A stretch of DNA of 64,000 nt from Carcharhinus amblyrhynchos (taxonomy: Eukaryota). Shown piece after piece: positions 37,747 through 51,716 of this stretch (positions are counted from its first letter, which is position 1; each line of letters starts with the position of its first letter). The position numbers were made by a program, and so were the translations under genes. The notes beneath the pieces are model-generated. The model was not told the DNA's origin. It worked only from the letters and a program-made list of their open reading frames with translations, and did not search any database. Where the stretch lies: contig OZ336900.1 of NCBI GenBank assembly GCA_965287045.1, positions 12,524,001 to 12,588,000 of the forward strand. Direction: 5' to 3'.

Positions 37747-39559
37747 GTAAGTCATTGGTTTGTCAACAATTAATTTACCCCTGTCCCTTTTGCCTCCCGT
37801 TTGATTTATTTTTCCCCGTGTTCTCCCCTTAACCCACCTGCCTTGCCCGTCTGCATTTTTTGCCTTCCCTTTAGATTTGTCCTTCTAGTTGGAGTGCAGT
37901 GATTATCTATTTTAGTTTTTTTTTGCAGCCACTTTGTCAATTAGACTTCAGTGATACTGGGATCAGCCATAATCAAGATTTGCTCAGATGAAATGGCTGA
38001 TATTGATCTTTTGAATCTTAAGCCTCTTCATTTATGTCACTGGGTTGTGCCTGAGTCAACACAGATAGGGTCAAATATCTGGACTCTTTAGCTTAAGTAC
38101 TGGCCTTTGAATTGGATTGTATTTTTTTCTCCCCAATTCTTTAAGGTTTTGATTCCTAACATGGTATGGTTACAGAAATGCTGGTCACTCTTTGGTGTTT
38201 TGTTTGAGTAGTTATTATTTATCTTAACGGGGGTATGAGAATGCGAGCGGGCAACAATCACAGAAATGTTTCCAGCTCCACGTTTAAACATGCGTCCCTA
38301 TCAACAATGCAAAGCCAATTTGTGCCTCTCTAACCCAGGGTGTTTGGGTCACCCACCCACCTGTCTGACACAAAATAAACCGGGGATTAGACCTGGGACC
38401 TCCTTAGTTGTTCCAATTCAGCTATTCCCTGGATAATTGTAAAGAGGCACTGGGGAGGTTGGAGGTTGGGAAGCTGTAAGTGAAACATGTCGAGGAAGAC
38501 TATCTATATCAGCAGCTCCTTTCTGCCGAATCTTCAAGTGCAGATGCCAGCAACGTCAACAAAGCTCTGGCTCCTTCGAGCTGCCGTTTGTGGCAAGTCT
38601 TGAAGTGCTGTTCTGCCCATTGATCAAAAATAATTGCTGGACGTATTTGAAATGCCTGCTGAGCCGTCCTCTGTCACTTCCCCAACTCCATCCTGATTTC
38701 CAGTCTGCTCGTCCTCTGAACATATTACACAAGAAGTGTAATCTTAAAGGTTCTAAAAATAATCTTTGAATGAAGCTGAACTGGACTCCAGACAATTACA
38801 CAGGTACCTGGGAGAAAGCCACAATCCTGCAGGTGGAGCAAGTGTTTATAATGGTGTCATTAAGACCATGAAGAGGGCAGCAATCCGATGCTTTCATGAA
38901 CATTATTGGAACTCAAGATTGGATTTACTGTCTTCCATTTGCTGTTTTGATAGCATGTGCCTCTTTATTGCTACATTAAAAGCTAAGTGGGGTTTCTTGC
39001 TGTTCTGCGTTGTTGTAATGTGGGAACAACAATGTGGTGGTTAAACTAAAAAGTGTAGTGACATGGACTATGGTATTTATTTGAGCACTGCTTAGCTGAG
39101 CCAAATATGGATACTGCCTTTAATGTACACTATCATTTAGAAAGCTTCATTCAGATTTCACAAGGCCAGGGATAGGGCATTAAATACATAAAAGGAAACA
39201 ATCCTTGTGAAAATAAATGCAATTAAATAGTTGAATATTTTAGACTTTTTTTATTTAAGTAATCAGTGCAGTCTAATTTTTAGTTTTAAATTATGCTTTT
39301 TAAAAGTTTAACTAATTAAATGGAGCCATTTCACTTAATAATACTACTGTACACTGCCTCATGTCTAAATGTAACCAGTTCCATAATGCCTAGTAATTGT
39401 TTTTCATTTAAACTTAAAGCAATAGTTGGTGGAGTGTGGAAGAGATAGTGCAGATGATTAGATGAATGTATTAAACAGCAGGTGGTGCTGCTACTTAAGG
39501 AATAAGGTATCAGAGAACCCTGTGTTTATTATACATTACATACAGTGTCACACTGTCTC

Positions 39560-39588
39560 ACTCTCTCACACACACACACACACACACA
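39560..39588. repeat. (CT)n(CA)n microsatellite
   Basis: ctctctcacacacacacacacacacaca. Confidence 0.95.
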
Positions 39589-42500
39589 GGCGTGCGTTCT
39601 TTGGCATTAGAGTAAATCGGCTGTTTATTTCCATACCACCTATTTATTCCCCACGGGCGACTGGAAAATTCTGCTGCATTTGATCCTAAGTAGAGTATCA
39701 AAGATTTCCCACAAATGCCTTTCTGAAGCCTCTTTATGTTAAAATTGCTAACCCTCTAGATTTTGCAAAAGGGATATAATTGACAGATAGCGTCTGATTT
39801 GAATGGGTGCGACCAGTTCTGATTTCATACGTACAGATAAGTCCATTTGCAACAAATGCTAAGCACAATGTCTGAAAGATTATAAGCTGACCGTACCCAG
39901 AGAGATATTCCCTGACAACGTTTTGCATCTTTCCCTTCACTACTGATGAGACAAAGACCTTTAACTCTAAAATTGTGCAAGCTGGGAAATATAAATGAGG
40001 AGGCTGAAGGAACATAGTTGCTGATAAAAAAAGTATGAATATTTTCTCATGTTATCTTTTCAATTGCTAACCAGTCATTGCATAACTGAGAAAAAATGCA
40101 CGGCAAGCACATCATTTGCCTTGCCGCGCGTAAATAGACAGCAGCCGTCTGGATCATTCTGGATCCTCAGTGAAACTGCCACCCTGCGAATTCTCAAACT
40201 AATGCTGTACATGTTTGACAACACGCAGATGAATCCAGGAGTTATCGGTGCGGGGGTTTGAATCTAAGCAGCAGCTGACGTTAGAATCAACCTCCACGGA
40301 TTGCTCTAAGCTAGTTTGGGGATTTTTGCTGCCGTTGTCCAGAGATTTCTGGAAGTGTCCTCATTAATGTGGAAGTGCAGTGTTTTTTCAAAACAAAAAG
40401 CCATTGGCTTAAATTAAAAGTGAAACGATCTCAATAAGTCATTCTGACGTTTTCTGATGCTTGACAATCAGTTCAATAAGATTTATAATAATGACCAGAT
40501 GAAATGAATTAACCCTGTCTAATTACGCAGCAACAGGAGAAATCTAAAACACATTACACTTCCTCGGGTTCAGATGTTTGGTTCAGAACTCCAGTGTTAT
40601 CAGGATTTGATCTGAATTTTTTCGACAATCCTCAATGTCTTATCAAAGTTAAAGACATTAATGGGAAATGATAAATAGCGCGATATAATTATTTTAAGTC
40701 ATTCATGATGAGATGCTCCTGATTAAATATGGCAAAATACGTTTTCTGTAGATATTTATTTGTATCATTGTCGATCCCTGAAGCACTTCTCCAAATATTA
40801 AATTAATCCAAATGATTTGCTATTGTTCACAGGACACTATTTATTACAATTACTGTGCACACTAATCAAGCATACATGAGTCACACATTATTTCCACTCA
40901 GTCCCTGTTATTATGCCAGAGCTTGTAGGAAATGCACCTTCAGATTTGGCATCAAGCAAACCGTAATTGATGTCAATGTTTATTAATTTCAGCTAAAATT
41001 ATTTGATGGACGGACACATTTTCCTTTTAGAAGTTACTTTTGAGTCTGCTCAATGCCATTGGCCATTTGCTATCTTGTGTGTTTGATGGGAGGTAGGATG
41101 GAGACGGTGGAGGGGGGGGAGTTTGGGAGGGGTCTTCTTGAAACCTCAGCTCCAGAATTAGGTCTGTGAACAATAATGCCAGTATCACAGGAGAACAGTT
41201 TAATTTCAGTGGGGTTTCTCCTACTGTGGTCAGTAGATTCTATTGCTCCCCCATTCACAAGTTGAGCTTGTATTGATGAGTGTCAGCACAAAGTATAGAC
41301 TGCGGAGTCCGTTAGTTATTATTTTCAAGGTGGGGGCCCATTGTGGAGAGCATGATATTGCTGAACACAGTTCTGACCCAGGACAATATTGTGCAACCCA
41401 GAGAGTCCATAATTAGGTTCATTTTCAATGAGAAATCTTACTGCTGCCTAGTTACCCAATCCTGCAAACAATGGTAACTCTTTCACGTTGAGAATGCAGC
41501 AATGGGAGCTGGAGTTAGAAAAAGAGAAGGTTGCACTGGTGAGTAATTAAGGGAAATGGGTCTGGTTTCCTTAAACACTTTGATCCTCAGTTTGCTGCAG
41601 CGCAGAATTGGAGGAAATGGGACCTGGAATTTGGCTTTTCCCACACACTATATTCCCTAGCTTACCTACACTGAGATCCAAGTGGTGAATAGTGACGGGG
41701 CGTTTCCCAAATGGATAGCAGGTTTTTAAAAGTTAGCATGAAGGTCCTGAAACTTTCAGCTGGGATATCCATTATTGAATGGATTCAGATCACCTTTTGT
41801 GGGGTCCATGAAGAACTCACCCGTACAGTGGGAGACTGATATTCTCCTATTGTCTGCAAGTTTTTTTCAAAGTGAGTGAGAAGAGGGGAGAAAATGCATG
41901 ATTTCTTTTTAAGCATGATTTGATCTCTCGTTAAATGGTAAATTATCTTAACAACAGAATTGAGGAAATCTGCTCTTTGGCTGGTTTCCGGTTTGACACC
42001 ATTTATGCCATGTGCATTATGGAATACATCATATAGTGCCGATTGTTAAAAGGTTGCTTAAGGAGCATGTGTGTAAGTTGTCATCAATTCAATTATAAGC
42101 ACTAAAGCTCTGCAACACAGTCACAAGGTAGCGAGTGTGTTATCTGTACAATTTGTACTAATACAGATTGCTTTTGAGTAATTTGCCAGCATCCCAGATA
42201 ATGAACTACAAGCACAGGTGCAGCGAAAGCTTGTTTGACTGTTTACCTCATTGAAGATTATAAGTCCTGTATCCCAATTGGCTGATAACTATTTGTCTCA
42301 CTGCAACATCAGATTATATATTTTAGACAGCCAAGACTTGCCAGTGAAATTTGATCTAAGTTTTTTTTAAACAGAACAGAGGAAAAGAAGTTGTAGAATG
42401 CTATCAAAAATAATTTCTGACAATGCCAATGCTCAGTTTAAATTTGTTTTTAATGTATCTCCTCTTTCATACTTGTCAGTAAAGGATGAAGCTCAAGCGG

Positions 42501-45382
42501 GTTTACTAAGTGAGTCATTTAAAGCCCACAATTCCACAATCACGTGCTTTTGCCAAAGCCTGCACCTGTTACAGAAGAGGCAGGATCCATGCTGCTTGTT
42601 AACAGGAACAAAGGGGACGTTTACTTGCTCAGTGACCCTTCACTCAGTTGCCTGTGTCTGCTGAATGCAAGGGAACAGGGAGGTGTTGTCCACTGTAAGT
42701 TACATCAGGCACTAAGCTTGTCTATGGAGTACAGATACCAGTCCATCCGTTCTGTTTTCAGTGACCTCCATAGGTGCCCTTGGTCACATTCCACAGCCAG
42801 TGCTGACAGCTGTGCATGACAGCGTAGTTTGGGGTGCCTTTTTTTCCCCTCCTTTCAAACAGTACTTAAAAAAAAACAGGCGCACACAGAAAATCTGCCA
42901 AGTGGTGACAAGAGTGCAGTCCACCCAGAAGTGATCCTTTTATTGTCTGATGTGCGCTAAGTCTCCATTTCATTGCGGCATTTAAACAAACCCAAATAAA
43001 TGCAATTAACTTTCAAAATAAAGGAGAGTGCACGCACACACACATACACACAAAGAACCCTTCTTGGTAAAAACAGCTAGTTTCAGAGCTCGAGAGTTTG
43101 AAGCTCAGGTTTTCCAGCGCTGGGAGACTGAGATTTGGATAGATTTAGTACAATTTAATTAAGTTCAAAATAAGCAGAAATTATTTGAAAATGCATAAAC
43201 CCAACAAACAGCTGTTTGGATATGATCTGAAATTATTTTTCAGCAATTATGTTTTTTTTCAATATATCATGTAGAATTATTAGTAGTTACAGATTACTCT
43301 GTGAACCTGCTGATGCACATACACTATTGTATGTTTATAAGTAACGCAAATAGATGAAGGCTATCTACATTATTCAGAACCACCTGCCCATGCTGATTTA
43401 ATCTAAGGAAATGTATGTTCAAGCAAGTTTAAAAAATTATATTGCAAATGAGGAATGAAAACACTTTTGTGGTTTCACAATAATATATTGCAGCTTTAAA
43501 GGTAAAGAGTGTGCTGTTCCAGATTTTGTGGATCACTGTCTTAGGGTAGGGGGGAGTGGAACTGTGTCATCTTATCACTTGCCAGTAATAACAGTTTGAA
43601 GTCTGACTAAACATGTTCCAGAAAATGTTTGAAAATTTCTGAGCCAAAGCCCTGCTCTTTAGCGTTTCAAATCACCCAGTATCTCAGTCCACCCTGATTT
43701 AACAGCCCATGAATTATTTTCTTCCAACTCACACTGTCGTCACTGCTGCAGTCCTCCAGAACCCTTGGCAAGGGTTTTTTGTAAGCAGCATATTATACTA
43801 GAATCTCTTGCTAATTGTGTTCTAGACAGTGTTGTTGAACGCTGGTTGATGTGTTCGTCATAGTCTGACAGCCACAATGAATCGAGCTCTCCTGGAGATT
43901 CTGGCAGCCTTTTTCAATTCTGTCAAAAATATTGGAGTAGTTGCAATATCTCAATTTATTCCTATGTGCACTTTAGAGAGAAATATCTTCTTTTGTTGTT
44001 GCTGCTGTCATTGGGTTCAGTATTGAAGGCTGGGGAAGTATTTTTATCATGGGTTCCATCTGTGTTCCTGTTGTATACCGTGCAGTAATTCTGCACAAAC
44101 TGAAAGAGTTAATAGCATCTAGCAGATGATAGATGGAAAGGCACATGCAGCAAACCCTAAAACCATAATGTTATGCCACAATTTCCCATGGCACCTTATT
44201 TCCTGTACTCTGTGACTCCAATCATTGGAAGCAACCTCTTAAATTCCTCTATCTTTTCATTCCTCTTCCATACCTTTGATCCACACGCTCTTTCCTGACC
44301 TGTCATTCTACAAAATTCCGCATTGGTTGCAGGTTTCCATTGTCGATAATCCGATTTATAATCCTTGCATGTGAGTCACTGAATTCACACCATAACCCAA
44401 TGTGCATATAAAACATTAGTCCTGACCCTAACAGAACTAAACTACAGGTTGTACAGAGCACAGCAACGTGCTAACTCTGTACCTATTTTAACAATTCCAA
44501 TTGAATTCCAGTGATTCAATAAATATGTAAATAAGGTGTCAGATGATGTTAGAGTAACTGAAAATATGCTATTTGCCTAAATGCATTTAAATCCCCATGA
44601 ACAGAATGACAAGCAAGGCGCAGTGTTGTGTGGGTTTTAACATTTTTGGAGTAGTAACATACTGTTTAAGTGGTCTAACAATTAATAGTCCATAATGGAT
44701 TAATGAATTAAATACTTTAGTTAAACTTTGTCTACCTTTTTTAACAGCCCTGGTTTGAAAGGCAAAAAGGACGCACCCTGGAGTATTTTCTGTCACCTTG
44801 TGTGCTTTACCCAGCCCTGCAAGTTGTACATGTGTAGTTCCTTTGGCCACTGCTGATTGAACACAGGCACCCATTTGTGAAAACTGCATGCTCGGGATGA
44901 CACCGTCTTTAACCCGAGTGGTTTGATTCATTTTTTTAATAAATTACTACAGCACATCACATATATTTAAATCTATACCGAGTGTGGTTTACTTGTATTT
45001 TTGGAGTGGTCGGTGATGCCTTGTGTCCCTGACCACCCAAATTTAGGCTGCTTCTACTCAGCTTCCTCTTCTTTTTGTTTCTATGTGTATTGATTTGAAT
45101 TTTCCTTTAATTATCTGTTTTACTGTCCTTACAGCACCGTAGTCTGAATAATACTGAATAATACATAACCCTAGTTGTGATAGCTAGGGTTTTAAACTCA
45201 TTTTGATTGTGCTTTCCCTACGTTATCCTCCTATTCTCAAATCTTGTTAGTTGCCTATAATGGGGACCTTTAACTTTCATAATGAGTCACTTTCTGTTTA
45301 ATATATTTTTTTTAATATTTCATTTTCATATCGTATCAGACTTAAAATGGCTCCTAATCTCCCATCTTCCATATGTTTGCAG

Positions 45383-45476
45383 TTCAAGATGAAAACCCAT
45401 CAGCTCTGTCACCCAAAAAGAAGCAGCGAAATGGAGGTATGCGAAATTCACCCAACAGTTCACCCAAACTGATGAG
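45383..45476 (+). CDS. KCNMA1: KCNMA1 exon (RCK1-RCK2 linker): (L)[30 protein letters not shown](R)
   Basis: Acceptor tttgcag|TT and donor AG|gtaaga; 94 nt, phase 1-2. Matches Slo1 [24 protein letters not shown]. Confidence 0.97.
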
Positions 45477-45507
45477 GTAAGACAGCTTAAAGAACTCTTG
45501 TGTCTAA

Positions 45508-45554
45508 AGAGAGAGAGAGAGAGAGCGAGAGCGCGAGTGAGCGAGCAAGAGAGA
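45508..45554. repeat. (GA)n / GAGC microsatellite about 30 nt downstream of an exon donor
   Basis: agagagagagagagagagcgagagcgcgagtgagcgagcaagagaga. Confidence 0.9.
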
Positions 45555-48500
45555 AATCCTTAAAGGCTGAAGTATTTATTCTGTCAGCCTGTCAGCAGTT
45601 AATGATAGAGTTGAAATATTTCTGTCATGAAAGAGGGTAGGAAAAGCTGTTAGAGAAAACGCAGCCTTTAAAGTCTCAGCTGTCACCTCAGCCTGTCCGC
45701 ATGTACTTCTTAAACAGCAATGGCACTAATGACAGCGGTAACCAATCAGAGAGACTCATACGGTTACTCTGCCTCAGGCTATTCACCGTTTGCGCGAAGC
45801 CCTTCGAGTCCTGTTTTCTGTACTTTAGGCCATATGTGAGATATGGCGGCGCAATGAAAAATGAACCCAAATTTTCTACATTCCTTTTATCTTGTCCATT
45901 TGTATTAATTTGGCATTAATTGATTTTGACTTAGAGGAAAGAAGGAGAAGCTAATAATTGGTGGGGATAAGGTAGAAGAAGGGCTGTGATGGATACTGTG
46001 CGGCTCCTGTGTCAGGGATTAAAGTGCGTACAATGTTAGACAAGTAAACAGCTTCATCCACTTAGCATATGAAACGATATTACATGAAGATTGCTTCAGG
46101 TTTACAGAAACTCCAAACATTTCACAGATGAGCAGAGGGTCCCTGTTTACCATGTAAAATATGCATTGGCTCTTTTGATCTGCATGCAGTAATAATTCTA
46201 GGGAGCAAGTTCTGCTGTTCTCGTACGCTTCAAAGCTGTGCCGAAGTTTTGCTGCTGTAGGGTACTCCTTTATATTAGTGGCCCTTGGGTAGTGAAATGA
46301 CAGGTCGTCTATGCTTGGTGCAGTTTTTTTAACTCATAGCCCACAGCAAAACAGAGAATTACTGAACACAGAGTCACCGAACCCTTCAGAAATCCTTTTC
46401 CTGCAGAAATATTATACCTTAAATATTACATATTTTGGAATTACAAGCTACGTTTTATGGGCAATATTAAGTGCCGGTTTAAGTCAGCCTAAGGGGTGCT
46501 TATTGCACAAGGGTGAATAAGCTGGTATGTATTGTATCAAATATGGTTTTTGCAGGCACACATGCCTCAAGGCCTTAGTAAATAAGTAATGATCAACAGT
46601 TTGGAAGTGGGTTTTGAAAAGCATGCCTTTGTCAGTTTGCATGATGGGAATGGAAAATTTCAAAGAGCAGCCTGCTTTCATTGCCTGGTGGAGAGGGACT
46701 GAGCAAGAATAGTCATCCCCTGCTAGTGCTGTCTAGTCAGCATCACATTGGAATTGCTAAACGCAGCTTGAACGCCAAGCACAGAACTGTTTGAGCCTTC
46801 AGTATAACAAGTTCTAACGAGTGCCAGTCTGACATTCTTTACATGAAATTAATACCATTCTGTTGGATTTCAGAGGGTCATCGGATACTTGCTTCTAATT
46901 GTAGTCAGTGAATGTTGGGTCTATTAATCACAACGCATTTGTTCAAATCCATCAGAACAGAGCATTACGGTGTAACAAATGTCGTAGTTATTCCCTGTGA
47001 GTAGTAGCGTTCAACAAGAGTTTGCCAGTGACAGGCTGCAATGAGTGACAGTTGGTGAAAGATAGCTATCTTGGCGGAGCTTTATTGCGCCAGTCAAGGC
47101 AGTCAGCAAAGATTGAAGTGACAGAGGTCCATTGACTAAATCGTGAAACACACAGAGCGTCATGAAATATTCAGCCATGGTGTAAAATCACTAAATGGTT
47201 TCGCAGTTATTAGCACCTGCACTGACTGCATGCATCTAGGCGACGAACATTTTAATAGACAAATGTTTTGTCATGATGATTGTGAAGGACTGAGAGTGTG
47301 GAATGCAGAAAACGAGGGGGGAAATTAAATAAACGTGCAAGGTTTCGAGCAGGCATGACTGAAATGCCAAGCGAGAAGCAATATTTTGTCGGATCTGCAG
47401 GAAATCTATCCCCAGCAACATTACTGGATAGGATTGTGGTTTTGCTTCTGGCTGTTGCTTGTGAGGCAGCTTGGTTAGTGTGCACTCATAGTACATTACC
47501 CACAATTTCTACTCGTCGTTGAGCTGCATGGTTGGATGCAATGTTCCAAACGGGCCCTTGCCTGTAGCAGATTTGACAACACATTCTTGCCTTGCTACAG
47601 GACACTATTTTCAGTGATAAATTCATTAGTGATTCACTATTTATATTAAGGGACACTAAAAAATACATTAAAAATGTACAAAAATTAAACAGAGCCAGAA
47701 TAAAGCCTTTTTTTTAATGAGTAAGTTGCCCTTTCAAAGCAGGTTAATTTAAATCCACACAGAGCAACTGAAATTTAACTCTAAGCTTTCACTTTTAACC
47801 CATTGAAGCTATGATGGACGGACAGTCTCAACCCTGTACTTCTGCAAAGGTACTTTCACCCGCTGTCTAATTAATTCCATGTAGTAAATGTTCTCGAATG
47901 TCTACAGTGCTCACCTCAGACTATATGAAGCATCGCATTACACTGGGGAGCTATCAGCACTGAACACTGCATTACACAAGAGAGGTCTGCGGTACAAACA
48001 GTACATTACACACAACAACTCCAGGGTCAATAAAGGACTCACAGTGTGAACCTCTCCAGGTGAAAGGGTTAAACAGCTAGCCCTTTTTGCATTTATTGAA
48101 TCCTCACTACACATTTAAGAGACAGAATTGTTGACGTCCACTTGCACACATGCAAATATATACTCTAGCCTTTGTCCAGTGTTTCATTTATTAATAAGTA
48201 TAGCAGCTGACTTATAAAATTTACAGCTTTAGAATTGAAAATAATCTCATTTCAGGTGTCTGAGCAGGGTTGCCATGTGCATTGAAAATTTTGTCTTAAG
48301 TGCAACTGATGTAGTTTGAAGAAAGGTATGTCGCAGGTGTAATTACCCCTTAAGAGATGGAATTTGAAGTAATGGGAATTCTGGTAGAGTTTCAGCTAAG
48401 GTCAGAATGAAAAGGGGTTTTTAAAGCTCTATTGCTGACTATTCAAGACAGAGACTTGGGATGACAGCTGCTAGTGAATGATGGATGTGCAGAATGCAGT

Positions 48501-49085
48501 GAAATGTTAGAAGTGCAGGCGTTGATGGCCAGGTGGCAGCTGCTGAGGACCACTTTTATACTCAGTGTTCTTCTGGAGAAAAATCATCTGCTCGCAATGT
48601 AGATGTAAATTAATCAATCTGCTCCGAGCTGACATCCTCTGAAACTTTAATGGCTTCCAGTTTTCAAAAAAGCAAAATATGATGGGGGTAAAATTGCTAA
48701 AATATATCAAGTGTACCCTGTTAAAGCTTTTATTGCACAGAGAACAGCATCGGAAGTTGTATGCGGTAAAAGCCTGTAATTGGCTTTTCATCTTCATGCC
48801 ACTCAGCCAGCGTGAAGCTCTGTCTCTATCTATTTCACCTCATTGCAGCAGTTAATGTCTGCCTTTTGATCAGGTTTTTTTTCCAGGGGGGGAGCGGGGT
48901 GGGTGGCAGGGAGGGTGTGGCTGGCTAGAGTAAGTACTGCAGTAACGCGATTGCTTGTAAATTAAACCACTCGCGTCCACTAAATGTGTTCCTGGCCAGC
49001 AGTAACTTGTCAACTGGTCAAAGCAGATTGAGTGAGGTGTCAGGCTGATAGACAACTCTTTGCCTTGATTCCCTTGTCTCTGCAG

Positions 49086-49209
49086 GCATGACCCCTTGTC
49101 AATTCCAGGAAATGATCAGATAGAGGAAATGGACGCCAGCGTGAAGAAATATGATTCCACTGGGATGTTTCACTGGTGTCCAGCCAAAGAAATGGAGAAG
49201 GTCATTCTG
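49086..49209 (+). CDS. KCNMA1: KCNMA1 exon: [41 protein letters not shown]
   Basis: Acceptor tctctgcag|G and donor CTG|gtgggt; 124 nt, phase 2-0; contains the [11 protein letters not shown] motif. Confidence 0.97.
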
Positions 49210-50547
49210 GTGGGTATCACAAACTGGCAGTGACCTTGGATGGCGCAAGGTGACATGACTCTGCAATTACTTGTAACCGACATTTCATTTAGTGGGATCT
49301 GACAACCATATACGCTGTGCTTTTCAATGTCTTCAAAGAGCAAAAGTGACATGTTGTTTTATAAACTGCCACCAGCAGCCCTGACCCTCATTAAGATCCA
49401 CTGTCACCTGATCAAACCTATTGTTTGCTGATTTTAACTGACTTATCAGTGTGATGAATCAGACTCTGCTTCATTGGCAACAAGTTCACGTCTTGCGAAC
49501 GATGCTGACCGTGCTCAGTTTGAGGCACTGAAACAACATGGGCATGGGTCATTTAGCCTGATATTAATAGGGTTCAGCTAGTTATAGACAGCCCCTGAAA
49601 TATTTCAACCATGCAAATAGAATTAGAACTGCATATTTTCTATTTAATTGCAATCAGGCCAACAATCAGAGGTGTGTATTTCTGCATTTAGATGCCTGGT
49701 TGTCTATCAGCAGCCGGTCCTCAAAATGATGCTGCATTCATTGATTGCATAAATGCCACTTCTCATTTGTAAAATCACTGTGCTGATTTGCAGTAATGTG
49801 GCAGTCCTGCTTTGAATACATGCTAACCTGCACAGTCTCTGCTGGAGATCTGATTTCTTCACAGAGACCAGCTTCAGAGCCTGTTTGACAGGCAGTCCCA
49901 ACGCGGAGAAAGAGCAACAGTCACAGGGTAGTGGTGTACCCGATGCACTTTCACCCCCTAGCATATCTGAGCAGATACCTAGGATCTTGGCCAGCCATGT
50001 GATGTGATAAATGTCTCAACGTGTGAACCCATCTCGCAAGTGGTGAAACCACGAGTGAGCTCTGAGCGGCCTCACAAGTGGAGATTTTTATTCTGTCTCA
50101 CTGTCAGCCGTGACACACTTTATAACACTGATGTGTTCTCATCTGTGAATAATGAATTCTTGCAGTTATGTTATCATTCCGTTCCAGTACTTCTCTGTTC
50201 CAAGTGCCCCTTATGGCTTTCTCCTTATTCTGGAACAGTCGAATGATTTTCAGCGCAGGAGAAAACTGAGAAAGGGCACCGTCTATCTATCCCCACATGT
50301 CTTTACTTTTTTTTGCAGCAATGAAAGTAGTTATATTATTTAAATTTGCCAAAGGAAAATTATAAGCATAACACTGAAATCTTTGAAATCAAACTGATAC
50401 AGGAATGCCAGTGGAACAATTGGCTTCATTATTTTTCCTCCTCTCCCTATGATTCAGCATGTCAAAACAGCACAAAACTCGTTTGGGTAAAAATTTCACT
50501 CTGGACACCTCAGCACATGTTTCAGGAAGTGAAACAATTCCAGCCAA

Positions 50548-50674
50548 TGGTCGAGATTCTACAGCCTTGCTCGGGCGAGACCGGAAATTCCTGCCCGGGG
50601 TCAATGGAGAATTCCATTGTCAGACCCTCGCCCACGCTGATTCCGTGCGGAGCGAGATGGTAGAGCTCCGCCCA
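50548..50674. mobile_element. Short GC-rich MITE-like element
   Basis: Imperfect inverted ends tggtcgagattctac / gtagagctccgccca. The core matches the 21630 and 53145 copies. Confidence 0.65.
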
Positions 50675-50831
50675 ATGATCTGTCTATCGTAGGCAATTGC
50701 CTGATTTTTTTTTTAAGCTGACTTGAAATTTCCATGCAGAAAATGCTGGGAAAAAATCAGCACTGTTGAGGATGGTCATCATGGAGCATTCCCACAAGGA
50801 CAGGCTGCTGCAGGGCATCAGCGGTCAGTCT

Positions 50832-51206
50832 GGGTAGGCGATGGCCTAGTAGTATTATCACTAGAGTATTAATCAGAAACTCAGCTAATATTCTGGGGAC
50901 CTGGGTTCGAATCCCACCATAGCAGGTGATGGAATTTGATTTCAATAAATTAAATCTGGATTAAGAATCTACTAATGACTATGAAACCATTGTCGATTGT
51001 CAGAAAAACCCATCTGGTTCCTTCCTTTAGGGAACAAAATCTTGCCTGGTCTGGTCAACAGGTGACTCCAGAGCCACAGCAATGTTATTAACTCTTAACT
51101 GTGCTCTGAAATGACCCAGTAAGCCACTCAGTTTCAAGGGCAACTAGGGACAGGCAATAAATGCTGGCCAGCCAGTGATACCCACATCCCATGAATGAAG
51201 AAGAAA
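50832..51206 (+). mobile_element. tRNA-derived SINE, second family
   Basis: ggcgatggcctagtagtattatcactaga..gggttcgaatccc..caataaatgctggccagcc..catcccatgaatgaa. Confidence 0.88.
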
Positions 51207-51716
51207 GTCAGAGGCAGGCTGCCTGGAATCTGCTGTCAGTCAGGGGTATTTGGAGTTGATGTAGTGGAGGTCCTGGTACGTCAGACACACCTGAAGTGAT
51301 CTACAAACTCCCCAGCAGGCTCCATTGTGCTATCATATGTGTCAATTTTCATTTGTATATCAAATCTTTCTCTCTGAATTATTGGCATGCATTGTGGCAC
51401 AGCTTGATGGCTGTGTGGAGTTCTTTAGCACTGCATCCAAGTGCCTATTCATTAGCTAGCATTGGAGATACATTCAGATTTAAAGAGAATCATTCAGTCT
51501 TCTTCCCATTTAACATCCACATGTTTTCAGCTGTCGAGTGTCACTAAATGAGCTTATTCCTAAACACAAACAGGGAATTATCTCTTTACCACAACTATAA
51601 TCGAGATCAGCAAACTTGCCGTAGGCCAGAGATTTGTACTTGTGACCAACTTGATGTATATAGATCTATTGCACAATAGAGAATGCCTTTACCTATTGTT
51701 CTTCATCAGTGCATAA

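Noticed and set aside
37775-37900. Long pyrimidine tract with two AGs downstream of the 33-nt exon as another exon
   Set aside because: No convincing donor giving a frame-preserving exon.
45060-45145. Alternative acceptor ..gtccttacag|CACCGTAG upstream of exon 45383
   Set aside because: Immediate in-frame stop and only a weak donor; nothing else supports it.
49210-50010. Homolog of an alternative insert after ..EKVIL
   Set aside because: Read-through stops after 7 codons, and the gtcacaggg match near 49920 is followed by a stop with no proper splice sites.
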